Source: Methanomassiliicoccales archaeon (lineage in GTDB: Archaea > Thermoplasmatota > Thermoplasmata > SG8-5 > JAGLSY01). Taken from it: a stretch of DNA of 52,457 bases. How positions within the stretch are numbered: the stretch's first letter is position 1; each line of letters begins with the position of its first letter. Positions 44,482 to 52,457 of this stretch are shown here, one piece after another. The position numbers were made by a program, and so were the translations under genes. The notes beneath the pieces are model-generated. The model did no database searches, was not told where the DNA came from, and saw nothing but the letters and a program-made list of their open reading frames with translations. The DNA lies in NCBI GenBank assembly GCA_030672365.1, contig DAOVGM010000046.1, forward strand, positions 1 through 52,457, in the 5' to 3' direction.

Positions 44482-45663
44482 TCATCCAGGTCGATTCATC
44501 TCAGCCTTGAAAGGCTGAGCGTTCTCGACCTTCAACAGGTAACCGCAGCGGACGCAGACAAGCGCGTGCTCCTCGTACTTCGCCTCGAAGCCGCCGCAGT
44601 TTTTACAGGTATAGCCAGTTCCCATACTTTCGTCGAAAACGGGGGGTTGCTGTCGAAGACGTTCTCTTTCCTCGACCGAATCCCCGACCGATTGCAGCCA
44701 GACAAATGCCCCCTTCGCGTAATGCACGAAGAAGTAGGCGCCCGCCGCGGCCATCAACAGCCAGACCATGACCAGTACGCTGAGTATCATATTATTATCC
44801 GGCCATAGGTCCAGCGAGATGAAAAAGAAATTAGTAGTGAAATGAAAAATAATCGAGGCGAAGAGCCCTTTCTTCACGAACAGGTAGCCCATGACCAGAC
44901 CGCTGAGAAACGTCCCCGGGAACTTGAACGGGTCCCAGCCGCCGCCGATAAAATGAGCTAGCGAGAACATGACCGACGAGAAAACGATCAGCAAAACTGT
45001 AAGCACATTGACAGAAAACCCGCCGCCGAGCACGTATCGCCACAACGGTCTTTTAACCCGCCCCAGCTCGATGAAGAACAGCGGGATTCCGAGGAGCAGT
45101 ACCCTGGTGATAATTTCCTCGTTCACGGACGCGTTCACGAGCCCGTAGATCAGATGGGCTCGCGCCATCGAATCGAAGTCCGGAGAGACTGGCTCTACCC
45201 TGAACAGCGACAGAATGAGCTGATAGAAAAACAGGAAGAACACGGTGGCCATGAACAGTTTCGCCGTGAGCTCGATTCCGCTGTCCTCTCTTTTTCGGGC
45301 GCGCTCGCCGGCCCCCGATTTTAACGAAGCTATCAATCCATAGATACTGCCGGAAAACGAGAGAAGCACGACAACGACGACGAATGTGAACCATGCCTGG
45401 ATCGCGATTCCGCCAGCGTAGAAGCCGACAGGCGCCGGAACTATGGCGACGAAGATGGTCAGTTCTGCGCCCGATGAACCCATCCAGTCAAGCGCCCAGG
45501 GAAACGAAGCGATCAAAATCCCGAGGCTCACAATCAGCATAGCCAAATATGCGGGAAACGATGAATACCAAAGGACTTGCTTCATCGCTTTGATCAGTAA
45601 TTTCAACGGGTCGTCCTGCACTGGCATGGGGCCGAATTGCTGGGGCACAGGTGCGTCTTCCAT
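44482..45663 (-). CDS. CPBP family intramembrane glutamic protease (CAAX/Abi) fused to C-terminal zinc ribbon
   Basis: NEEIITR is the EExxxR motif, FSLAHF the FxxxH motif, and HFTTNF the HxxxN motif. The protein is multi-TM. The C-terminal ribbon is CKNCG...CVRCG. Confidence 0.75.
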   Translation of the reverse strand: MEDAPVPQQFGPMPVQDDPLKLLIKAMKQVLWYSSFPAYLAMLIVSLGILIASFPWALDWMGSSGAELTIFVAIVPAPVGFYAGGIAIQAWFTFVVVVVLLSFSGSIYGLIASLKSGAGERARKREDSGIELTAKLFMATVFFLFFYQLILSLFRVEPVSPDFDSMARAHLIYGLVNASVNEEIITRVLLLGIPLFFIELGRVKRPLWRYVLGGGFSVNVLTVLLIVFSSVMFSLAHFIGGGWDPFKFPGTFLSGLVMGYLFVKKGLFASIIFHFTTNFFFISLDLWPDNNMILSVLVMVWLLMAAAGAYFFVHYAKGAFVWLQSVGDSVEERERLRQQPPVFDESMGTGYTCKNCGGFEAKYEEHALVCVRCGYLLKVENAQPFKAEMNRPG

Positions 45664-45758
45664 GTCTGAAGTGAAGGATACGGCGGCATATAATTATGGT
45701 GTTTAATAATACATTTATATTCGGTGGGCTATCGCACTTCATATTCGGAGGTCGGAAA
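45664..45758. promoter_or_regulatory. Divergent promoter region
   Basis: The region is AT-rich, with catataatta and catttatatt TATA-like strings. GGAGG lies 6 nt before ATG 45759. Confidence 0.3.
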
Positions 45759-47321
45759 ATGAAGACAAAAAGACTGGCTGGCTTAACGCTTGCGATGTTG
45801 GCTATGATGTTCCTTCTCGGGAGCATCATCACGCCGACGGTTTTTGGGGACCAAGCCGATATAAACATTTACTCCCAGGACGACTATGCAAAAGAAGTGG
45901 ACATGGACGAGTCCATCACCTACTTTTGGGGAATATTCAACAGTGGTCTGAATTCCCACGTGGTTATCGTAGAAACGGACTCCACCGATTTTGGCTGGAC
46001 AGCCGAGCCCACGACCACCTACTTTGAGTTGGAGCCAGACGAGTTCATGACCATCGAGCTCGTAGTCACCGCTCCAGATTCCAGAGACCATCCCACACAG
46101 TTGATCGGCGTCAGCGTGAACATCACGGACCTGGCCACCGGTAATTCGTGGGACGAGCCCCTCGACCAGACCACGAGCGAAATCACCGGCGGCGCCTACA
46201 TACCGCCGACGAAAGCGCTGGGATTCATACCGAACTTCTTCGTCGATATGGGCGTAGACGCCCTCGACAACGAATGGGGCGTTTTCATAATTTCCATATT
46301 GTTCTGGCTGCTCATCGGAGCAATAATCTATTTCGTGATGGACCCCTTCGTGAAGAGGCTTACTAGGTCGACGACAACTGAAATCGACGACAAGGTACTG
46401 GCCATCGTGAAAGGCCCTGTCTTTTGGCTGATCGTCGTGTACGGTGTCATATCGTCTCTGGGGGTCCTCGATTTCCCGTGGTCGGTCGTCAATTTACTTC
46501 AATTGATGTTCTCGATACTGGTAATAATTTTCGGATGCTGGATGGCTTATAAGATATTCAGCGACGTGTTGCTCATCTGGGGCAAATCTTACTCCGAGAA
46601 GACAGAGACCTCATTGGACGATGTCATGCTGCCGCTCTTCGAGAAGCTGGGCATGGTCGTTATCTTCATCGTTGCCATGATTCTTTTGCTCAACCTCTTC
46701 GGCATCGACGTGACGATGCTGCTTGCCGGCATGGGTGTCTTGGGATTGGTGATCGCCTTCGCCGCTCAGGACACGCTGGGCAACTTCATAAGCGGCATGT
46801 TCCTTCTTACGGACCGCCCCTTCAAGATCGGCGACCTGGTCTTGATGGAGAACGGCGACTACTGTCGTGTCGAGCACATAGGAATGAGGAGCACAAAGCT
46901 ATACAACACGTTCGACCACGATGTCATCATACTTCCGAACAGCAAGATAGCCAACGAGAAGGTCATCAACCTCACCGAGCCGGATAACAAGATGAAGGTG
47001 AAGGTGACCATTGGTGTGGATTATAAGGCAGATATCCATAAAGCAAAACAGATAATGCTGGACGTTGCGAACGACCATCAGGAGGTCATAGAAGATGACG
47101 ACAGGAAACCCTTTGTCAGACTGGTGGACTTCGGAGATTCGGCCATCAACCTCAAATTGTACACCTGGGTATTCCATCTGGACGATCAATGGCGGGTCGG
47201 CGGAGAGATGCGCGAGGAAATATTCAAGAGGTTCAAGGAAGCCGAAATCGACATTCCGTTCCCGCAACGGGTTGTGCACATGGAAACCTACAGCGACAAC
47301 AAACCCTCAATATCAGGTTAA
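45759..47321 (+). CDS. Mechanosensitive ion channel (MscS family) with N-terminal extracellular domain
   Basis: I prefer ATG 45759 (MKTKRLAGLTLAMLAMMFLLGS, a signal/TM). GMGVLGLVIAFAAQDTLGNFISGMFLLTDRPFKIGDLV is the MscS pore-helix and beta-domain signature. Confidence 0.85.
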   Translation: MKTKRLAGLTLAMLAMMFLLGSIITPTVFGDQADINIYSQDDYAKEVDMDESITYFWGIFNSGLNSHVVIVETDSTDFGWTAEPTTTYFELEPDEFMTIELVVTAPDSRDHPTQLIGVSVNITDLATGNSWDEPLDQTTSEITGGAYIPPTKALGFIPNFFVDMGVDALDNEWGVFIISILFWLLIGAIIYFVMDPFVKRLTRSTTTEIDDKVLAIVKGPVFWLIVVYGVISSLGVLDFPWSVVNLLQLMFSILVIIFGCWMAYKIFSDVLLIWGKSYSEKTETSLDDVMLPLFEKLGMVVIFIVAMILLLNLFGIDVTMLLAGMGVLGLVIAFAAQDTLGNFISGMFLLTDRPFKIGDLVLMENGDYCRVEHIGMRSTKLYNTFDHDVIILPNSKIANEKVINLTEPDNKMKVKVTIGVDYKADIHKAKQIMLDVANDHQEVIEDDDRKPFVRLVDFGDSAINLKLYTWVFHLDDQWRVGGEMREEIFKRFKEAEIDIPFPQRVVHMETYSDNKPSISG

Positions 47322-47351
47322 GCATTCCCATCCCGGCCAGTATTCCTTTCG

Positions 47352-47503
47352 CTGCCCACCCCCAACCAGCGGGTTTTGGGTGGGTTAGCCCCACCCCATA
47401 TAGTGGGTTGGCCCCCCGCCCTTCCGCTCCTGCGCTGGCCATACCCATCCCCCTATGGCCTGCTCGGAGCGGACTGCATTGCCATATTGGGCGGCCTGGC
47501 CTG
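47352..47503 (+). repeat. C-rich structured intergenic repeat, copy 2 (core hairpin 47424-47472)
   Basis: The core is CCGCTCC-TGCGCT-GGCCATA-CCCATCCCCC-TATGGCC-TGCTC-GGAGCGG. The upstream modules are CCCACCCCCAACC, GGGTGGGTTAGCCCCACCC and GTGGGTTGGCCCCCCGCCC. The tail GCGGCCTGGCCTG is shared with copy 1. Confidence 0.85.
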
Positions 47504-47509
47504 TAATTA

Positions 47510-48547
47510 TCAGTCGGTCATGTTCAAACCCAATGAAACAGCATGTTCGTAGGCCTCGGCAAACTCATGCCGTTCCAGACTTCTGTTTATTTCTGGATAG
47601 CGGAAGGCCTTGTACATCGGCCTGTATTGAGCCATCACATTGACCCGAACCGTGTCGCCGAAGGTCTCTGCCAGCCAGCTCAGAATTGGTTTGGAGCAGC
47701 ACTCGATGTGCCCAGGCATTACGAGGTGCCGGACGATGACCTCCGCCTGCTCCTTGGCCAGTACGTGATTTCTGGTTATAATCTCCCAATAATTCTCGAT
47801 GCCCGACAATCTCTTCGCGCAGTCGTCGCTCCCGTATTTGAAGTCCGTGAGGTAGACATCAATCACACCATCCAGCAGTTTCATGCTCTTCTCCGTCAAA
47901 AACATGTTGGAATTCCAGACCTGTGGAATTGCAGAATCCGAGATTGCCAGCACCTCCAAGATAAACGCCAGGTTGGACGTGGGGTCGCCGCCGACCCAGT
48001 TCACGTTCTTGGCGATTTCCTCGCGGCGCTCAATCAGGTGGGCGACCCCTTCCACAGGAAATTTTTCACCTCCCTCCGGGCTCTGGCTGATGTCGAAGTT
48101 CTGGCAAAACACGCAGTTGAACGTGCAGCCCGAGAAGAATATAGTGTAGGACGGCACTAACTCCGGCTCCTCGCCGTAGTGCATGAATTCCGATGAGATA
48201 CGCGGCTCCAGAACGCCGCAGTGACCACGCTGGCCCGATGTCCTATCAACAGCACACCGCCTCTCGCAGAACTCGCATTTCCGCAAGATATCGGAGGCGA
48301 TGCTGGTCTTCAGATCGAGAAGCGAGACATCCGGCTTCCCGGGATCGGCATTTCCATGTCCTCCAGCACTCCCAAAACCATCCCCCGTTCTCAATTCGGC
48401 AACCACCTTATCATGCAATGCCCACTTCTCATCGAGCGAGTCTGGAATTCGCCCGACAGCCACTTTCTTGCAAGCCAGATAGTTAGGCGTCTCATCTCCG
48501 CCCAGAATTTTCACATAACGCCCCAGCGCTTTCGGGATGCCGCTCAT
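47510..48547 (-). CDS. Radical SAM protein, PflX-like (pyruvate formate-lyase activase homolog, COG1313)
   Basis: CTFNCVFCQN is the CxxxCxxC cluster motif. An N-terminal extension carries CEFCERRC. Confidence 0.8.
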   Translation of the reverse strand: MSGIPKALGRYVKILGGDETPNYLACKKVAVGRIPDSLDEKWALHDKVVAELRTGDGFGSAGGHGNADPGKPDVSLLDLKTSIASDILRKCEFCERRCAVDRTSGQRGHCGVLEPRISSEFMHYGEEPELVPSYTIFFSGCTFNCVFCQNFDISQSPEGGEKFPVEGVAHLIERREEIAKNVNWVGGDPTSNLAFILEVLAISDSAIPQVWNSNMFLTEKSMKLLDGVIDVYLTDFKYGSDDCAKRLSGIENYWEIITRNHVLAKEQAEVIVRHLVMPGHIECCSKPILSWLAETFGDTVRVNVMAQYRPMYKAFRYPEINRSLERHEFAEAYEHAVSLGLNMTD

Positions 48548-48589
48548 CGGTGGGCAATCATTTTAAAGCGATAATTACTTTTTGGCCTG

Positions 48590-49501
48590 ATGAAAATCGC
48601 GGTTATGGGAGCAGGCGCCCTGGGAAGCCTCGTCGGCGGATTGCTGGCTCAGAACAACGATGTCACGCTGATAGGTAGCGAAGACCACATGGGCGCAATC
48701 CAAAACCACGGCCTCAAAATAGAGGGGCTCAGCGAGCTGGCCGTCAGCCCGAAGACCGCAACCACAACCCAGGACTGCGAAATCCCGGACCTCATCATTC
48801 TCACAGTAAAATCCTACGACACGGCAACTGCCATAAAACAGGCGGGCCTGCTTATCGGAGAGCACACCGATGTCCTATCGCTCCAGAACGGCCTCGGCAA
48901 TGTGCAAGCCATTGGCTGCCACATCCCAAAACCGCAAATCATCGCAGGTGTCACGAGCCACGGCGCGACGTTTGTCGAGAACGGAATTATCAGGCATGCC
49001 GGCCTCGGCGACACGATTATAGGGCGCCCCTTTGCTGAGAACGATGCGAAAGTCTGGGAACTGGCTATACAGCTGAGTGATGCCGGGATCGAGACAACCG
49101 CCTCTATCGAAATCATGAGCGAGATATGGGCGAAGACACTGGTCAACGCGGCCATAAATCCGCTGACTGCCATAATCCAGGCGAAGAACGGCTTCCTTTT
49201 GCACAACGAGAAGATGCTGGCCACGATGAAGGACATAGTCTCGGAGGGCGTGAGAATTGCCAACGCCCACGGCATTGCTTTGGAGGAGGGCCAGATGTAC
49301 GAAAAGACCCTGGAAGTGGCCAGGCGAACAGCGGACAACAAGTCCAGTATGCTCCAGGACATCGAGAAGGGCAGAAAGACCGAAATCGAATCCATCAACG
49401 GAGCACTCGTCCGCCTGGGAAAAGAAAAAGGCCAGCTAGCACCCAAAAATCAGTCGATGGTAACGCTCGTCAAGGCACTTGAGGAGCACAGTCGGTCGTA
49501 A
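48590..49501 (+). CDS. panE: 2-dehydropantoate 2-reductase (ketopantoate reductase)
   Basis: MKIAVMGAGALGSLVGGLLA is the Rossmann motif. SSMLQDIEKGRKTEIESINGALV is the family signature. Confidence 0.85.
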   Translation: MKIAVMGAGALGSLVGGLLAQNNDVTLIGSEDHMGAIQNHGLKIEGLSELAVSPKTATTTQDCEIPDLIILTVKSYDTATAIKQAGLLIGEHTDVLSLQNGLGNVQAIGCHIPKPQIIAGVTSHGATFVENGIIRHAGLGDTIIGRPFAENDAKVWELAIQLSDAGIETTASIEIMSEIWAKTLVNAAINPLTAIIQAKNGFLLHNEKMLATMKDIVSEGVRIANAHGIALEEGQMYEKTLEVARRTADNKSSMLQDIEKGRKTEIESINGALVRLGKEKGQLAPKNQSMVTLVKALEEHSRS

Positions 49502-49517
49502 TTATTTTTATTTATTG

Positions 49518-49653
49518 ACCCGCCCCAGCCTATGGGTGGGCCCCCCACTCCTCTGGCCGCCCTTTTTTGTCCCGCCCCATTCAATTCACACTCCCCCCTC
49601 CCTTCCGCGTCTGCGCTGGGCAGACCCTTCCCCCTCTGCCCTGCTCGACGCGG
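49518..49653 (+). repeat. C-rich structured intergenic repeat, copy 3 (core hairpin 49605-49653)
   Basis: The core is CCGCGTC-TGCGCT-GGGCAGA-CCCTTCCCCC-TCTGCCC-TGCTC-GACGCGG. The upstream module is CCCGCCCCAGCCTATGGGTGGGCCCCCCACTCC plus a second CCCGCCCCA half-module. Confidence 0.85.
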
Positions 49654-49689
49654 ACAATACATTTTTATCCTGAGCCCAGTTGTACTTTC

Positions 49690-50520
49690 ATGGTCAAGAT
49701 TGCACTTGTTCAACTGCAGCCAGTTCTCGGCGATAAGTCGGCGAACATCGAGCTGATTAGGAAGGCGGTGGCGTCGACTGATGCGCCGTTGGTTATCTTT
49801 CCGGAGATGTTCCTGACCGGCTACATGGTCAGGGACAAGCTCCAGCCCCTGGCCGAGACACTGGACGGCCTGTCTGTTCGGGCGGTTTGCGAGATTGCCA
49901 GGTCTGAGAACAGGTGCATTATCGTCGGCATGCCGGAGAAGGATTCAGTGCGCGACGGCATCCTGTATAACAGCGCGGTTGTCGTGCAGCCAGACGGTTC
50001 TGTCGGGACATACCACAAGATGCATTTGGTTAATTTCGGGCCATTCGAAGAGTATACTTACTTCGCCAAGGGGGCCAGGATGCCGCTCTTCGACACCCCG
50101 GCAGGCAAGGTGGGCATCATAATCTGCTTCGACATTTTCTTTCCCGAGCTCTGCAAGTACTACGCTCTGGAAGGCGCGGACATGATCGTTTGCATCTCGG
50201 CCAGCCCCTCCGTTACCCGCGAGTTCTTCGAGAAGGTCATGGTGGCCCGGGCAATCGAGAACACGGTGTTCTTCGCCTACGTGAACTTCGTCGGCCCGGA
50301 GAAGAATCTGATATTCTGGGGCGGCGACGCCCTCGTCAGTCCGCGCGGGGATATAATCGCGCGCGGCGGATACTACGAGGAAGGCATAGTCGAGGTCGAT
50401 GTGGACCTGAAAGAGCTGGAGGTGGCCAGACAGTTCAGGCCGACCATCCGGGAATCGCGGGAAGATGTGTTGAGGGCGGTGTGCGACCGATTTGCGCTGG
50501 GACCGAAGCCAGACGATTAA
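49690..50520 (+). CDS. Carbon-nitrogen hydrolase (nitrilase superfamily)
   Basis: I prefer ATG 49690 (MVKIALVQLQP). The Glu-Lys-Cys triad context is IFPEMF, YHKMHL, IIICFD. The track extension 49567-49689 runs through the repeat element. Confidence 0.85.
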   Translation: MVKIALVQLQPVLGDKSANIELIRKAVASTDAPLVIFPEMFLTGYMVRDKLQPLAETLDGLSVRAVCEIARSENRCIIVGMPEKDSVRDGILYNSAVVVQPDGSVGTYHKMHLVNFGPFEEYTYFAKGARMPLFDTPAGKVGIIICFDIFFPELCKYYALEGADMIVCISASPSVTREFFEKVMVARAIENTVFFAYVNFVGPEKNLIFWGGDALVSPRGDIIARGGYYEEGIVEVDVDLKELEVARQFRPTIRESREDVLRAVCDRFALGPKPDD

Positions 50521-50636
50521 ACCCCGGGCAATAGGAATAGGACCCCGACCAGCCTATTTTACATAGGGCCAGTCAGGTAATATTAAATCTCGCAAAAGGT
50601 ATTTAAGGCTGGACGCCTTGCCGAGAAATGGGATAG

Positions 50637-52289
50637 ATGGCACTCAACGTTTTACTTGTGTTCGCCGGGATCGGGGCAATCATTTTCGTAGGATTTCTAG
50701 GCTCGATGCTCTTCGATAGAACGAAGATACCGGATGTTCTCATCCTCATATTCATCGGTCTGTTCCTGGGCCCGATTCTCGGCATGTACAATAAGGGATT
50801 GCTGGACATGCCCGAATTCGCGACAGGCCTCAGGCAAATAGCGCCCTACTTCACATCGCTGGCACTCGTCATAATTCTTTTTGACGGCGGTCTCAATCTG
50901 AAACTCGAGAAGGTCATGAGCTCGCTCGGCGTTTCAATCCTGCACACCGGCATAGCGTTCATCGGCACGATGTTCGTGACAGCAGTTCTCTGTTACTACT
51001 TCCTCGGAATCACAAACGTCGTAATCGGGCTGTTGCTGGGCTGCATACTCGGCGGCATCAGCAGCGCGGTCGTGCTTCCCATCTTGGGCGGTATCAGCGC
51101 GAAGGATGAGACCAAAACAATTCTCACGCTGGAGTCCGTTCTTTCGGACGTTCTGTGCATTGTCACCGCGTTGATCCTCATCGAGGTATTGAAGGGCAGC
51201 ACAACGGACACCGGAGGACTAATCCAGGACCTTCTCAGCACGTTCATACTGGCAGGCGTCATCGGACTGCTTTTCGGCATAGCCTGGCTGGGTGTCCTCA
51301 AGCGAGTTCACGGCAGACCGTTTTCCTTCATGGTGACGATTGCCGCACTTCTGATTCTATATGCCGGGGTGGAGTACATCCAGGTCAGCGGGGCGATAGC
51401 GGCACTGGTTTTCGGCCTCGTCCTGAGTAACAAGGACGAGATAGCCAGAATGTTTAAGATTCAGACAAAATTTGTGTTCGACGAGAAGATCAAGGAGTTT
51501 CACTCGGAGGTGTCGTTTCTCATTCGAACATTCTTCTTTGTTTATCTGGGTATCACGTTCGTCTTCACGTTTACGACATGGGATTACACGACGCTTCTGC
51601 CCTTCAACCTGACACTTCCCGTGGCCATCACCGGCACCCCAATAGTATACTTTGTTTTCATTCTCATCCTGATATTCATCGGTATCTTCGTCGTGAGGTA
51701 TATCGCATCGACCGTGACAACGCGAATCAGGGAAGAACTCAAGCCCGACAAGTCGTTCCTCTACGCCATGTTGCCGAGAGGTCTGGCCGCTGCGGTTCTG
51801 GCTGCACTTCCATTCGCGATTTCCGAGTTCAATCCCGCGTCGTCGGATTTCAACCTGGCCTATGCGAACACCATAGGCCCGCACCAGGAATTGTACATCA
51901 ACGTCGCTTTCTGCATGATTGTGATAACCGTCATCGGAACCACCATCGGCGTATCGAGCATCGAGCGCTCGCGCAAGAAGGCCCTTGAAGCCGAGCAAAA
52001 TGGGGAGCCAGAATGGTCAGAGAGGTCGCGCATGTTCAGGAAGCACGGTGGCGATGTGCCGCCTCCAGAGACTGAAGAATGGCGTCCCGCGGAGAAGAAG
52101 AAAGCGACCTCGAAAAAACCGATTATCAGGGTTCACCCCCAGCCGCCCTCATCTCCGCCACCCCAGAAGAACCAGCGATTTGCAAAGGTACCCATCGCGC
52201 GACAGGCCAAGCCATCGAAGCCGCACCCGCTCGCCAAGCGCGCGGATGAGACCAAGGCGAAGAAGCCAGTATTGAGAAAGAAACCATAG
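50637..52289 (+). CDS. Cation:proton antiporter (Na+/H+ exchanger, CPA1/NhaP-like) with Lys/Pro-rich C-terminal tail
   Basis: There are about 12 TM helices and the motif ILFDGGLNLKL. The tail reads KKKATSKKPIIRVHPQPPSSPPPQ...KAKKPVLRKKP. Confidence 0.8.
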   Translation: MALNVLLVFAGIGAIIFVGFLGSMLFDRTKIPDVLILIFIGLFLGPILGMYNKGLLDMPEFATGLRQIAPYFTSLALVIILFDGGLNLKLEKVMSSLGVSILHTGIAFIGTMFVTAVLCYYFLGITNVVIGLLLGCILGGISSAVVLPILGGISAKDETKTILTLESVLSDVLCIVTALILIEVLKGSTTDTGGLIQDLLSTFILAGVIGLLFGIAWLGVLKRVHGRPFSFMVTIAALLILYAGVEYIQVSGAIAALVFGLVLSNKDEIARMFKIQTKFVFDEKIKEFHSEVSFLIRTFFFVYLGITFVFTFTTWDYTTLLPFNLTLPVAITGTPIVYFVFILILIFIGIFVVRYIASTVTTRIREELKPDKSFLYAMLPRGLAAAVLAALPFAISEFNPASSDFNLAYANTIGPHQELYINVAFCMIVITVIGTTIGVSSIERSRKKALEAEQNGEPEWSERSRMFRKHGGDVPPPETEEWRPAEKKKATSKKPIIRVHPQPPSSPPPQKNQRFAKVPIARQAKPSKPHPLAKRADETKAKKPVLRKKP

Positions 52290-52312
52290 TTGGAAAGTCC
52301 GCAATTTTACAA

Positions 52313-52430
52313 ACCCACCCCACATCGCATTATTTTTTCCCACCCCAGCCAGTCCACGCGCCCCCCACCCTTTCCGGCCATCGCGGGGCAAACACATCCC
52401 CCAAAGCCCAACACCGAGCCAAAGGCATGG
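52313..52430 (+). repeat. C-rich intergenic repeat, copy 4 (degenerate; stems not preserved)
   Basis: CCCACCCCAGCCAGTCCACGCGCCCCCCACCCTTTCCGG aligns with the upstream module of copies 1-3. The following ccggccatcgcggggcaaacacatcccccaaagccc keeps the spacing and the C-rich loop but not the complementarity. Confidence 0.45.
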
Positions 52431-52457
52431 ATTTTACAAGAAGAACACAAAAAACAA

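Overview
This is a gene-dense segment of about 45 CDS that looks archaeal. The evidence is pyruvoyl arginine decarboxylase PdaD, DUF835, DUF1616, a UPF0201/COG1931-like protein, single-domain KaiC-like ATPases, AT-rich TATA-like intergenic regions and many ATGA start/stop overlaps. The taxon cannot be fixed from sequence alone. I recognised no rRNA, tRNA, CRISPR array, transposase or integrase. The window falls into seven blocks. (i) 1-8583: three translationally coupled giant STAND-like ATPase-TPR paralogs whose P-loop domain is interrupted by a roadblock/longin-like insert. (ii) 8611-12979, minus strand: a membrane Zn-ribbon/SHOCT protein, a macrodomain, a TPR protein, a KaiC-like ATPase and a double GNAT. 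(iii) 13040-16221: Zn-ribbon proteins, a flavodoxin and an unknown 417-aa protein. (iv) 16421-22135, minus-strand operon: two secreted/anchored proteins, a polytopic-membrane double AAA+ ATPase and two small membrane proteins. (v) 22278-26720: two DUF835-TPR proteins (one carrying the same roadblock-like module), pdaD and a second KaiC-like ATPase. (vi) 26806-43144: a visibly AT-richer surface-glycan biosynthesis island. (vii) 43141-52289: housekeeping-type genes (TIM-barrel isomerase, CPBP protease, MscS, radical SAM, PanE, C-N hydrolase, Na+/H+ antiporter). The most striking non-coding signal is a family of C-rich intergenic repeats with four co-oriented copies. Three of them keep a two-stem hairpin intact through compensatory base changes. 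All coordinates and motif positions were counted by hand. No database search or structure prediction was possible.
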